Assembly: GCA_963806535.1 (NCBI GenBank)
Contig: CAWDYC010000004.1
Span: 128,001-192,000 of the forward strand
Source of the DNA: Candidatus Bathyarchaeota archaeon
GTDB lineage: Archaea > Thermoproteota > Bathyarchaeia > Bathyarchaeales > Bathycorpusculaceae
Direction of reading: 5' to 3'
Length of the DNA stretch: 64,000 nt
The notes below the pieces were generated by a model. It was not told the DNA's origin, searched no databases, and saw only the letters and a list, made by a program, of their open reading frames with translations. The translations under genes were made by a program, and so were the position numbers. This document shows, piece after piece, positions 52,094 through 63,552 of this stretch; position 1 is the stretch's first letter; every line of letters starts with the position of its first letter.

Positions 52094-52397
52094 TTATTTT
52101 GTTCCTGTTTTTTTGGTTTGTTTTAGAGCGTAGTCAAAAAACTTTTCAGTCCTATCTTCACAAGTCCATTCTGATCGTATTCTAGTTTTCTTTTCAGCCC
52201 TGCGCAACTCAGAAACGAACATGCGATTTAAGTCTCTTGCGTTTAGGCCTTTGAATTCAGCGGCAACTTCAAACCCGTCAGCCGTCGCTTTTATGGATGG
52301 CAGCATTGCCAATTATTCTTTCTAACACTGGTTTTATGGCTGATGGATTGTCGCTGCTTATCGTTGCTGATAGCTTAAATTTTTTCTCAGCGACCAC
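52094..52397 (-). CDS. hypothetical protein (frameshifted)
   Basis: ARDLNR...SELRRAEKKTRIRSEWT...FFDY; coding frame extends upstream. Confidence 0.6.
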
Positions 52398-52410
52398 GAG
52401 TCAAATCCTT

Positions 52411-52606
52411 TTAGCGGTTAGCGTGTTTTTCGGAGTGCAGTTGTCCACCTGTTGCCCAATTGCTCTTTGGCGCTTCATAAATGACTACTGTTACTGCGTC
52501 TTTTGGGACTCCTATCTTTTCAAACACACTTGTTATTCCTTCAACTATTTTCTTCTTATTTTCAGGAGCTCATGCCTTCCCAAACGGAAACCTGAACTAC
52601 TGGCAT
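52411..52606 (-). CDS. 4-oxalocrotonate tautomerase family (1-bp frameshift; absent from ORF track)
   Basis: Manual: MPVVQVSVWEGM-PENKKKIVEGITSVF..IGVPKDAVTVVIYEAPKSNWATGG; catalytic Pro1. Confidence 0.85.
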
Positions 52607-52679
52607 ATTTTTTCCTCAATGAACCTTTTCTTATTCTTTTTATTAAATCTTTTTGACGATTTTTGCAGATCGTTAGTAG

Positions 52680-53776
52680 ACATTTTAGTGCCCTAAACAT
52701 CGTTAGACTTTTAGCGCCCTCAGAAGTAATTTGAATAGTGTCTTCAATTTTCACTCCGCCAACACCTTTAACAGGCAAAATTGAGTGTCCCAACAGCCAA
52801 AGTCCAATTTTCACTTATCTCCAACTGTAGATGGTTAGAATAGTGGCTTGGATGAGGCCACTCCTCAAACTCTAAACCGACGCCATGTACTGGTCCCGGA
52901 ATCCAAACGTCACCGTAACCCTTAGCGGTGAAGGCTGCTGTAAACGCTTTAGTTATATCGCCGACTTTCCAGCCTGGTTTAATGTTGGCAATGACGTTTT
53001 GCTGAGTATCCTAGTACGTTTGAATGAGCTCACTTTGCTTTTGTGTGGCTTGCCCACAGACAATGGTTCTTGCACAGTCTGAAGAGTACATATCAACAAC
53101 TGGGTGAACATCAATCACGACAAGGTCGCCGTTCTCAATTTTGCGCCTTGAAGTTCCACCATGCAACCAAATGGAATGCGGTCCACTGTCGACAAAAGTG
53201 CTTGATCCATAACGCATTGCACCGGCTCGTCTCATCACATATTCAGCTTCTGCAGCAACTTCAATCTCAGTTGCACCTGGCTTAACGGCGGCAATAGCTG
53301 TAGTTACACCTTTGCTTGCTACTTCAGCTGCGTTTTTCATGGCCTCAATTTCTTCCGAATCTTTAACATAACGTAGCGGCATCAAAATTTCCTCGTTTTC
53401 AATGATTTTCATCTTAGGATTTGCTCTGAGAAATTTGTAAACTAAAAAACCAGAATTCGAGTGAACGCAGAAACCGACTTTCTTTTCTGAGACATCATGC
53501 TGTTTGACTAGTTGAAAGAAGTTTTGCATGAGCTGTGCAGGCGTACGCCAGCCTCTGACATCCTTGATTTCCTGAAGCCTTCGACGCAGCTTCAACTTCT
53601 TCATCAAAAACAATGATTGTTGGTTCTCCTTCCTGCGGAAGAAATAGCCTAGCTACACTTCGGATGTCTCCTGTTAAGTAAAAGTAATTCTCTCGGCTAG
53701 TAACTTGAAGTGCCGCAACTTCATTCTTAACCATTAATTCTTGAGCTTTTTTTCGGCGGTTCTCAAAACGATTCAT
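52680..53776 (-). CDS. Xaa-Pro peptidase, M24 family (frameshifted; 3' end approximate)
   Basis: LRYVKDSEEI, HGG, D.......Y.SDCART, HGVGLEFEE, GVKIEDT. Confidence 0.88.
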
Positions 53777-53884
53777 AAAATCAACTCACATTTTTCTTAA
53801 GGCAAGAGTTTCTTATCAACATATTGCAGTTGGCAAACTTTAAATTAGCGCTTGATAAACTAAATTTTAAGGAGAAATTAGTTT

Positions 53885-54265
53885 TTGCAGCAAACAAATA
53901 CACAACCTGCTTCTTTGTCTAAAAAAGCCTCCTTAGGGTTTGTTCTTTCATTGGTCGGAGGTATACTGATTTTGTTGCGTGGCATTGTAAGAATTGTAGC
54001 TGGGGATGTCATTACTTTTGTTGGTTCAGATGAAGTTAGACACAGATTTCTAGCTGGGCTTGCGCTCAATGTGATCGGCGGAGTAGCCGTTGTATTTGGA
54101 ATCGCAATTATTATCGGAGCTTACTTAATATACAGCAGAATGGAAGTTGCTGGAGGCATAATCGTTTTACTCTTTTCATTGGCAAGCATTTTTGTTGGCA
54201 GCGGCTGGCTAATAGGCTTAGTCTTGGGCGTAATAGGCGGCATCCTTGCATTAATAAAAAAATAA
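53885..54265 (+). CDS. Gly-rich four-TM membrane protein
   Basis: FVLSLVGGILI...GLVLGVIGGILAL. Confidence 0.7.
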   Translation: MQQTNTQPASLSKKASLGFVLSLVGGILILLRGIVRIVAGDVITFVGSDEVRHRFLAGLALNVIGGVAVVFGIAIIIGAYLIYSRMEVAGGIIVLLFSLASIFVGSGWLIGLVLGVIGGILALIKK

Positions 54266-54371
54266 TGCACTAAGATTAGGAAAGAATTTCAAAAATATCG
54301 TAAGTTTATTTTAAATATAGAAAGCTATTTCCATACTCCAGCAATAACTAATAATTCAGGCGCAACTTTGA

Positions 54372-55370
54372 ATGGAAAGAAAAGATTACCTCCACACACC
54401 AGTCAAACACATAAAAATCGACGGCACATTAACCGTTGACCAGTTAATGCAGCAGTTTAAGGGTTCAGGCGCTCTTGGCGCTGGACGCTTATCGGCAGCA
54501 TGTGATATTTACGAGAAAATGCTCAAAGACAAAGACTGCACAATCTTCCTAGCCCTTTCAGGCGCAGTTGTTCCTGCTGGCATGCGCACGTTAATCACTG
54601 ATTTGATAAGAAAAAGACTTGTAGACGTGATTGTCAGCACCGGTGCATGCATGGTTCACGACGCCATCGAAGCCATTGGCGGGCACCATTACATTGGCGG
54701 CTGGGCAGTAAATGACATTGAACTCTACAAATATCATCTTTTCCGAATATACGATATTTTTGTTCCAGAAGAAGACTATGTCAAATTAGATTTCAAGCTT
54801 TCAGAAATGTACGATGACATTGCTGTTGAGCACAAAGGAGAAAGTTTAGCTTCAAACGAGTTCAGCTGGGAAATAGGCAAGCGCTTATCGGACAAAAATT
54901 CTATTCTTCGAGCGGCTTATGAAGAGAATGTTCCAATTTTCCTTCCAGCTGTGAGAGATTCAGAATTCGGGTTTATCCATTGGCTTCATTCATCACAGCA
55001 AAACTCAAAACCAGTTCTTCTGCTTGACGCTTTCAAGGATGTGCCAACAGTCTGCAATATCTGTGCAAAGTCACCTAAGAACGGGATGATAGTAATAGGC
55101 GGGGGAGTTCCACGAAACACTATTCAGTCTTCAGCTTTGGCTTCTAAGAAAGGCTTAGATTACGCTGTAGTCATCACTCTGGATCGTCCTGAAACGGGCG
55201 GTTTATCGGGCTCAACCTTGGAAGAGACGGTAAGTTGGGGAAAAATGAAGGGTCAAGCCGACCACGTAATGGTTATTGGTGAAGCACTGATGGTTTTCCC
55301 ATTTATTGTTGCCTCAGTAACGGAACGGTTAGGCGAAAGTTTTATTCGAACTCCTTTTCTGCAAATTTGA
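54372..55370 (+). CDS. dys: deoxyhypusine synthase family
   Basis: SGAVVPAG, STGA..HD, GGGVPRN, GGLSGSTLEE.VSWGK. Confidence 0.9.
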   Translation: MERKDYLHTPVKHIKIDGTLTVDQLMQQFKGSGALGAGRLSAACDIYEKMLKDKDCTIFLALSGAVVPAGMRTLITDLIRKRLVDVIVSTGACMVHDAIEAIGGHHYIGGWAVNDIELYKYHLFRIYDIFVPEEDYVKLDFKLSEMYDDIAVEHKGESLASNEFSWEIGKRLSDKNSILRAAYEENVPIFLPAVRDSEFGFIHWLHSSQQNSKPVLLLDAFKDVPTVCNICAKSPKNGMIVIGGGVPRNTIQSSALASKKGLDYAVVITLDRPETGGLSGSTLEETVSWGKMKGQADHVMVIGEALMVFPFIVASVTERLGESFIRTPFLQI

Positions 55371-55408
55371 TAAACCAAGCAAAGGAAGCTAAATCATGAC
55401 TGGCAACG

Positions 55409-55603
55409 ATGTGCGAAAAGTACTGCGGCAACTGTGACAGCCACAACTCATACGATTACCCAACAAAAGTTTTCTGCTCAACCCGCCACGCACAAAACAA
55501 AAACCCGATAGTTGACACACTTTGGCACTGCGAGGACTGGAATAAAGTTAGCCAAGAATGCTACTGTGCGCGAGAAGCGTTGAAGAAGAAAAACGGCGGC
55601 TAA
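55409..55603 (+). CDS. small Cys-rich hypothetical protein
   Basis: CGNCDSH...FC...C..W...CYC. Confidence 0.6.
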   Translation: MCEKYCGNCDSHNSYDYPTKVFCSTRHAQNKNPIVDTLWHCEDWNKVSQECYCAREALKKKNGG

Positions 55604-55656
55604 TTGAAGGCAAAGTTAAAGTTAATAATTGGAACGATGTTTTATTTGAAACCTGC

Positions 55657-55732
55657 AGCCCGGTGGTGTAGTGGTCAAGCATAGGGGCCTCTGGAGCCCT
55701 TGACGAGAGTTCGAATCTCTCCCGGGCTACCA
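55657..55732 (+). tRNA. tRNA-Gln(CTG), CCA encoded
   Basis: AGCCCGG/CCGGGCT acceptor, GGGGC-CTCTGGA-GCCCT anticodon arm, GAGTTCGAATCTC. Confidence 0.96.
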
Positions 55733-56145
55733 TCTTCTAGAGTTAATTTTATACCAATCGAAATGGCGAACAGGGGGGTCAAGTAACAGGTTGACTATTA
55801 CTTGTATCTTGACGAGATTTTTAGTCAAATGTCTTTAGTCTCCAGAGAAGTAATACATAGCCCTTTTCTTTTGTGCTTACTCCCTTACCAAGCAAGGGGG
55901 AGAAATGGATGTTACGAATTTAGGCAGGTATCCTTCTTAAGAAATCTTCCAACCACCATAATTAGCATACCAACGAACACCATACCCAAAAAACATATTG
56001 CCGCAACTTTGGCATTAATATAATTCGCAATGGCTATACCACGCCTAAGCCGCTGAAAGGATAACAGCACCTATCATTACAGTTTATAAAATAACCGGAC
56101 CACGCCACCCGCCAATTTTTCGGGGACCTAGAGAAACTGAGTTCT

Positions 56146-56787
56146 CTATCGATGTGCGGAGGGGCTTGGGCTCGGATTAGAAGGAAGCTCCTGCGCACCT
56201 AGGGGTAATGTAGTTTGAGTTCCATCGTCATTAAATACTACGTGAAATGCATCGCCTTCCATTACATAGATGGCTTCTGTTCTATTGTCGTTTAGATAGT
56301 AAATAGACCGTTCAATTCCACTGCCGCCAACAAAGTCTGGTGCACCTGCAATTTTGTTGAATTCACTTTCCAAGTCGCTCACGTCTTTACTGTCGTATAA
56401 CTTTGCTGCCTGTTCAGCACTTAATCTGGGCGTATCTTTTGGTAGGTCTCCAATAGTGATAAGAACGGGTCGTCTCCATTCGCCGGGCAAACCAATACTC
56501 TTGTCAGCAATAATTTTGTCTAGTTCTTCTTTTTGCTCACTGGTTGCCTTTGCATATGCCGACTCATAGAATGAAGAGTTCGATTCTTTAATGATTGGAG
56601 GTGGGGATATGTATGACGCAAGACCTGAGTAAAATATTGAGAATGTAACTGAAAGAACAAGCGTGGCTATAACTGCCGCAGCAATTGGTAGAGAGTGACG
56701 TTTCAATCTTGCCGTTAAGGGCATTTGGGGTTGAGGGCAATAATCTATGAGATTTTTAATCCTTTTTCGTATGCTCATCTTCTTCAC
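56146..56787 (-). CDS. single-TM hypothetical protein
   Basis: ORF track; overlaps the end of the HTH gene. Confidence 0.65.
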   Translation of the reverse strand: MKKMSIRKRIKNLIDYCPQPQMPLTARLKRHSLPIAAAVIATLVLSVTFSIFYSGLASYISPPPIIKESNSSFYESAYAKATSEQKEELDKIIADKSIGLPGEWRRPVLITIGDLPKDTPRLSAEQAAKLYDSKDVSDLESEFNKIAGAPDFVGGSGIERSIYYLNDNRTEAIYVMEGDAFHVVFNDDGTQTTLPLGAQELPSNPSPSPSAHR

Positions 56788-57241
56788 CTGTTATTTTTGT
56801 GAATAATGCTTCGGCTAGCTTGGATGGCAAAATCTTGCTTGTATCATCTAAGAGCAGGAAGTTGCGGTCTTTGGCTTCTGCGAGCAGGGTGTCTCGGCAT
56901 GTTTGGAGTTTTTTGCATTTTTCGCAGTCGCCTTCATGTTTGTACCAGACTTGGATGCCGTTCTTGGCGGAGAAAGTGACAAAAGCTGGTGTTTTGAAGT
57001 GGTTGCTGTATCCTTTGAGGAATCCTCGTTCGGCGTTGACTGTTTCGGTGTCGATTTTGTTGATTTTGGCAACTTCTTGGAGGGCGTCTTCGATTTTTAG
57101 GTTGGCTATGTCGAGGGATTTGTGGACAGTTTGGCGGGTGACGTTTAATTTTCGTGCGATGTGGGTTTCTTGAAGTCCGCTGCTTTTAAGGCCCCAGATG
57201 ATTTTTTGCTTAGGTGTTAGGTATCCGAAGCTTAGCGTCAT
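56756..57241 (-). CDS. HTH protein (sigma region-4-like) with C-terminal H..C..C...C metal site
   Basis: YLTPKQ..IW......IARKLNVTRQTVHK; WYKHEGDCEKC....TC. Confidence 0.75.
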   Translation of the reverse strand: MTLSFGYLTPKQKIIWGLKSSGLQETHIARKLNVTRQTVHKSLDIANLKIEDALQEVAKINKIDTETVNAERGFLKGYSNHFKTPAFVTFSAKNGIQVWYKHEGDCEKCKKLQTCRDTLLAEAKDRNFLLLDDTSKILPSKLAEALFTKITGEEDEHTKKD

Positions 57242-57251
57242 TTTGCAATCC

Positions 57252-57281
57252 TGTAAGCTACTAAGAGCTTACATTGTAAGC
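57252..57281. promoter_or_regulatory. three TGTAAGC half-sites, probable operator
   Basis: TGTAAGCT 57252, AGCTTACA 57266, TGTAAGC 57275, just upstream of the HTH start. Confidence 0.55.
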
Positions 57282-57488
57282 GTTATACATTTATCAATAT
57301 AAGGCTTTCTTTCGCATATTCCAATAGCTCTTTTAGATCACCAACTGAAACCATAATGCCAGGTTATTACTTTTTTCTACGGGCCATATTGTCATATTTT
57401 TGATATTATCTCCCGGGCTACCAAAGATTAAAACACACCTGAAAATTTTAGCTAACTCTTTTTAGGAACTTAACCACGTTAATTACCG

Positions 57489-58482
57489 ATGGTTATGGAT
57501 CAAAAAAGCTTCATAACGAATGTTGACACGGCCCTTTCAGACCTAATTTGGAAAAGCATAAAAAATGATTCCACACTCATTACCCTTGTGTCAAGCCAAG
57601 AGCAGATTTCGTTTTCTTCTCCAAAAACTGCAACCACTCGAGGAAACAAAAAACTGTCGATTTTTCTATACAACATAACAGAAGAAACGGCAACAAAAAA
57701 CTTGCCTCCTCCGGAAGCTGGATCTGTAAAATTGTCATCTCACATGTCTTTTGCCCTGCATTATCTCGTTACTCCATTTACCGGAAACGAAAAAGACGAC
57801 CATGCACTGCTTGAAAAAATAATTCAGATTGTTTTTAGCACAAACCATTAATTGGCATTGCAGATGCAGAGAATAATATCGAGCTAGCAGTGAAAATCGA
57901 TTCGTTTTCTCTGGATGAGCTAAGCAGACTGTGGATGGCGTTGGATGCCCCACTTAGGCTTTCTGTGAGCTTAACCGTTTCCTCTGCTGAGTCGCTGCAT
58001 AATCCCCAGATGCAGATAACAGACGCCACTGCAGCGCCTCAAACACCTGCACTTGACACAAATCATGTCACCCAACTTTACCAATGCCGTGCTCAAAACC
58101 TTCACTGAGCAATCCACTGGTTGGAGAAACCGCAACATGGTCGTCAAACAATGGGTGCTTCAAGACTTTCAGAAAAACAGTGGTATGACAGTGGACGAGA
58201 TGCAGAGTATGCTTAACAGTTTAGGGGATAAATTGGAACAATGGTGAGTCAGCAGCCGAGTTCATAAAGCCGCTAAACCAGTTGGCTGTATACTATCAGC
58301 ATCAACTTGACGAATTGAAAGGATTACATAAAATATCACATAAACAGACAGAGAACATCGAAACAATAACTGCTTGGATCAAAGACATCAAAGCTTTGGT
58401 TGAAGCGCTGGCAGATAGAATTGAAGAAATCCAAGACGAGAGTTGGAATCTCTCTCAAGCAGACTCTGTTCTAAATAACTAA
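57489..58482 (+). CDS. Pvc16/DUF4255-like protein with helical C-terminal extension (frameshifted)
   Basis: LSIFLYNI, LHYLVTP, DHALLEKIIQ, SLDELSRLWMAL..PLRLSV. Confidence 0.7.
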
Positions 58483-58509
58483 ATGTGTTCTAAATATTGG
58501 GAAAATGGG

Positions 58510-59440
58510 TTACCGCATTCTCTTGTAGCAATAGGGGCAGACGCTGTAGTCTCCTTTGACAGTCCGTTTGCAGTGAGGACATACTTCTTCCTGAACTCGC
58601 TTGTTGAACATTGCTTGAAGGTGCGCTATATCGGTCTGCAGATGTAGGTCGTGCAGAATACCGATTATAGGCAGTGATTCTGGCTGTACCGCGAAGTGGA
58701 AGGAGAACTGTACCGGATGTCGGTGTACTGTAGCGAGAAGTTGGCTGACTATACGGTGACGACAAGGGAGGCGGATAGGCTGTTCAACTGGTGCATACGG
58801 TTCTGGTCGGTAAGGCAAGGGTTCTCTATCAAGGAGCCGATCACGCTTAGGAGAGCGGTTTCTAAAAAACATAAAAGTTATTGGAACAATAACTGCCAAC
58901 TGCGACAACGACAACTATTAAGCCGATTATTAATGGATCCAACCCGGAATTTTGAGGTTGAAGAGTTGGATAGACGAACGGAGTGAAAGTGGGAGTCAAA
59001 CCATTATTTGAGTTTGAAGGTGAGGTGGGAATTGGAGAAGTTGTGGAACTGCTTGGCGCTGGAGTAGTCAAAGAAGCGCCAACAGTAAATGGGACTGTTA
59101 CTGAATTACCGTCTGAATCCGTAACGACAACGTTATAAGTGCCGTCAGCAGTACCGGCGGGCACAGTAAATAGACCTGCCACCATTCCGCCGTACATCCC
59201 AGTAACTTGTGTTTGCTGTACGATTTTCCCGTTAAACGAAATAGTTACAGTCGCATATTGACCAAATCCTTACCCGTTAACAATAACTTGTTTGCCAACT
59301 GGACCCTGGGTAGGATATAAAGTAACGGTGGCTTGTGCAGACACTGTTTTTGAAGTTAGTGAAGTTAATATGCTGACAGCAAGCAAAACCAAAATTGCCG
59401 TCACTACTGCTTGCTTTAAACCAATTCGGCGCTTTGCCAT
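58510..59440 (-). CDS. exported Ig-like, S/T/P linker, TM and zinc-ribbon protein (frameshifted)
   Basis: Signal peptide, FTVPA...G.YNVVVTD, TM, CPHC...CPYC. Confidence 0.65.
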
Positions 59441-59517
59441 ACAATCTCCCCTCTCCTTTGTGTCAAGTATTCCATTTAACGTTTTTGCAAAAAAGCTCTA
59501 AAGCCATCGAATAAGCG

Positions 59518-59938
59518 CTAAAGCAAGTCTGTTTAATCGATTGGTTTTTTCCATCCACCATTGCTGAATCTTGCGATGCATCCGAAAGGAAGCGCTAATA
59601 AAAGATCAATGATTGCTATGAACAGGCAGGAATTGCAAGGCAAAAGTTGTTTGTAATACTAGATTGATAGTGGAGAATGCAAGCAGCAAGAAAACTCCGT
59701 TCAGCCAAAAGCCTACTTGCCAACCTTTGGTTTTATGTAATGTGTTAATTAAAGCAATGTTTAGGACACCGATCACAATTGGCTGCGCAAAATATGTGAT
59801 AGCCATTAAGAAGGCAAAGCCCAGCGGCGGCATATATGACATAAAAGCTTGTTCGGCGCTGTCAAACCAGGCCTTAAAAACAATTAATATGATCGCTAAT
59901 ATTACACCTTGAAAAAACAGTTTTTCAACTAAACGCAT
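59518..59938 (-). CDS. multi-TM hypothetical protein (3' end approximate)
   Basis: Hydrophobic ORF in track. Confidence 0.55.
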
Positions 59939-59966
59939 GTTTCGAAGATGGTTGAAAATTTTGTTG

Positions 59967-60897
59967 TCACTTAACGTTTTGTGCAATCCAGTCACCTACT
60001 GCTTTTTCTGTTGGTGTCCCTCGAATTCCATAATTGTCAAATTCACTGTTCCAATACACAAGCCAGCAACCCTTAAGTCCCATACTTTTGAAAAGGTTAA
60101 GCCCGTTAATGATATAGTTGGTTTGCGCTGTGCTGTCGCTGGTTGACATGCCAAACTCCGTTATTACTACATCTTTGTGAGTTATTGTTTGCAAGTTTTG
60201 AATTAAATGCGGGGATAAAACGAGGAATGAATCCATGTAAACGTCTAAACCCACAAAATTCAGTTTCTTGCTGAACTCTACTGGAAGGTTGCTTCTCAAA
60301 ATATAACCAATGCCGAAGTTAGTGTACAATTGCACTGAAAGATTGTGAGATTCAACAGTTGAGTAAATAGTGTTAAAATGAGAGATAATTTCGTCATCGG
60401 TAAACATGGCTCCGACATCCCAGCTGGAAGACGTTTCCGGTTCATTCATAATTTGAACGTACTTTAAGTTGGTTCCCCAACGATCAAGGTAATAGTTAAT
60501 TTTCTGAGCAGTCTCGTCATTTTGGATTACAAGCGCAACAGCTAAACCATATTGGTTGGCAGCGGAGAAGAACGTGTCTGTTTTCTGATTTTGCAAATCG
60601 TTTTCAACAAGCGGGTTGCATTCAAGGGTTATGCGGATAACTTTGAAGCCTAAATCGTGGATTTGGGTAACTTCTCCGTTGATCTGGCTGAGGTTGTCTT
60701 GTTCGTATACGTAGTGAATGCCGACTTGGAAATTTGAATTTGAGTTTTTGGTCGCTGATGTGATAAAAATTGTATGGATAGAAAATTTGAATGAAAATGA
60801 GCAACACACATAACGTAATAATGAGGAGGTTTTTTACCAAGCTCTTATTTGTAAACCCAACTAACCCTTTAAGTAGGCTTGAAACAAGCTTGCCCAT
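59967..60897 (-). CDS. membrane-anchored clan GH-A-like glycoside hydrolase (frameshift near start)
   Basis: LGFKVIR, QIMNEP (acid/base), ITEFG (nucleophile). Confidence 0.7.
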
Positions 60898-61018
60898 AGC
60901 CCACTCTATACGGCAATCAGCCTTTTTATATTTAATCAACAAAAGGTGAATTTGCTTTGCTTTATTTGCAAAAGTGATTTATATTTTGAGAACTCATAGC
61001 CATAAAGCAAGTGTTGAC

Positions 61019-62600
61019 ATGAAACGCCTCGTTTGTATCATTCTGATCGCAACAATCTTGGTTGGCGGGTTATTTTTTGTTAAAACCACACATGCAACCA
61101 TTGTAAGCGGGACACTTAATGTTAACACACATTGGACTCAAAATGATAGCCCAATCAATTTCAACGGAACAGTAAATGTTGCCAATAATGTGACTTTAAC
61201 GATTGATCCCGGTGTAACTGTTAATTTAGGAATGTATGGTTTGTTCGTTTCTGGCACATTAAACGCTACAGGAGACCCAAGTAACGAAATCATGTTTACA
61301 GCCAGCTCGATCTACAACTTCACCACAAATATTAATGCGGCAATATTTTTCGATCCATCAAGCACCTCCTTGGAACGATGCCAGCAGTACGGGATCAATT
61401 ATTCAAAATGCAAACTTAAACCAAATATATCTTCAAATAAACGGTGCTTCACCGAAAATTGACAATTGCCAATTTAATTTTCAAACACCATATCAATCAA
61501 CTATCAGCATAAGTGGCGGTTCACCAATAATTTCAAACTGCATCATTGTTTACAATGTTCAGGGCGAACATCGGGGGTACTAACTGCTTAAACATCTATG
61601 GCGGGTCTCCACAAATAACGAATAATCGGTTTGAAGGAGCATACTCTAATTATTCCAGCAGCGAAATCAAAGTTGAACTCAGGAACGCCTACAATAACAA
61701 ACAACTTGTTTGAAGGAGACTACCGAGGCTCAAACAACAATGGAATAACTGTGAGTTCAGGAAATCCACGTTATAAGTAATAACCAGTTCGAAGGCAAAG
61801 GGTACCTAACAGCTATTGTTGATTGCATCCTCTGCCCAATTTACAATTTCTAACAATGTATTTTCAAACTGCAATTCGGGTATTACCGTTCAAGCTGCGC
61901 ATCCACATTAACGGTTATCGGCAACTCTTTCTTAGGACGGAAACGACGGATTAGACATCTTAGATAGTGCATCATTAACAGTTACTGGTAACTTAATCGA
62001 CGGCAATTCTCGCTTCGGAATCAACGGCGGCGGATACATAGATTCCAACACTATCACTAATAATCAAGTGGGAATACACAATCCGCCCTCAGGCACAATA
62101 AGCAATAACAATATTGTTGGAAATACCCTCAACAGCATTGATGCAACCACTGCAAACGTGAATGCACAGAACAATTGGTGGGGAACAACTGACACACCAA
62201 CAATCAACCAAACAATCTACGACTCAAAAGTTGACAGCACACTCGGAACCATCATATTTGTTCCATTCTTAACTCAACCGAGCCCAACAGCACCAGCCAT
62301 TCCAGCCACAACACCAGTTGTTACTCCTATTCCGACAATTTTAGCAGACACCACAACCAACTGAGCAACAGTTCCAATCGACACGCCAACGCCTACAATC
62401 ATATCAATATTCGCAGACATTCATTTACCAAGTAGGCAGCATATTTAACCTAAACATGATTGTGACTGCCACTCACTTATCTTGTTCTTGCATGGGTAAT
62501 AGTAATATTAGGATACGGTGCTAAAAAGAGGCATTTCAAAAATTAAATCACCACCAAAAACCAAAATGAAAAAAGTTAACTCTACGTTGAACTATAGATG
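61019..62600 (+). CDS. secreted right-handed beta-helix surface protein (many frameshifts; end approximate)
   Basis: Signal peptide, WT...SP, TLTIDPGV, I.NN repeats, NAQNNWWGTTD, T/P-rich linker, TM. Confidence 0.7.
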
Positions 62601-62702
62601 GACCAAAGTAATTTGTAAAAATAGCTTGCTCTTATAGGGCTCAACTTTTATATTACAAATTTATATTAGAAGCAACAATAACAAACTTGTGCGGTGATTT
62701 GA

Positions 62703-62819
62703 ATGGCAGATTTGAAAGATTGTCCATTTGGACAAGACATAAAAGATGATTGTAAAAACTGTGATTACTCAAAAAGTAACCATTATGACCCAGCTACAGG
62801 AAAATGTGTTAAAAGGTAG
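62703..62819 (+). CDS. 38-aa four-Cys micro-protein
   Basis: GGTGA RBS; MADLKDCPFGQDIKDDCKNCDYSKSNHYDPATGKCVKR. Confidence 0.6.
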   Translation: MADLKDCPFGQDIKDDCKNCDYSKSNHYDPATGKCVKR

Positions 62820-63011
62820 TTCAGTTCTACAATTCGTTAAATCAAGAATAAAACGCTAATCAAAAGCCTTTTCTTCAGTCAGACGAACGTGATGAAGCAA
62901 AATCAAATAATCCTAATAAGTAATTGATGGAAAAAAGCCAAGCGCTATCTTAATAAGCGACAGAATTTTGAGGTATAGATATTAACCATGCTTTACTCTA
63001 AGTGTTAAGTC

Positions 63012-63431
63012 TTGACTAAAATGAATATGGGACTGCAGGTTTTCGAGTTAAATAGCAAGGAAGATAACCCTTTTCAAAGGAACTTCCGTTTCGCTGTAGT
63101 TGACTTCAGCAAATCGGAAAGTTACCCTTCAAACTTTGTTTGCATGCTTCCTTTAAAATTAGGTGCTGGAAAAACAGATAGCGTTTTCTTGAAGCTTTTC
63201 GGAAATAAAAGTTTAGAGCAAGCAAAAGTCTTGTTGACTGCTGCTTTGAAAGCAGAAAATGATTCTGTAATTAAAGCTGAAATTGAAAGAAGACTAAAAC
63301 TGCTTGATCCGGTTCAGACATCACAAATCAAATGCAGTTCCTGCGGCAAGGTCTTTCACCCGCAAAGAATAAGGCGTTATAGAAAGAATTTTTGTCAAGC
63401 CTGCATGAAGAAAAGATACGGAAATCGTTAA
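63012..63431 (+). CDS. hypothetical protein with C-terminal Zn ribbon
   Basis: CSSCGK...FCQAC. Confidence 0.65.
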   Translation: MTKMNMGLQVFELNSKEDNPFQRNFRFAVVDFSKSESYPSNFVCMLPLKLGAGKTDSVFLKLFGNKSLEQAKVLLTAALKAENDSVIKAEIERRLKLLDPVQTSQIKCSSCGKVFHPQRIRRYRKNFCQACMKKRYGNR

Positions 63432-63552
63432 GCTCCTAGAAATTTTCTGCTATCAGCGAATTGTAGTTATTCCTTTGCCTTTTTTGAATACTGATAGGGC
63501 AGCCAAAACTAATAGGCAAACTTATTTGGTTGATAGCTGTTTATCCAAAAGC

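Noticed and set aside
55548-55733. 61-aa ORF MVARERFELSS...
   Set aside because: Antisense shadow of tRNA-Gln; no duplicated 3' end seen in the window, so no integrated element is called here
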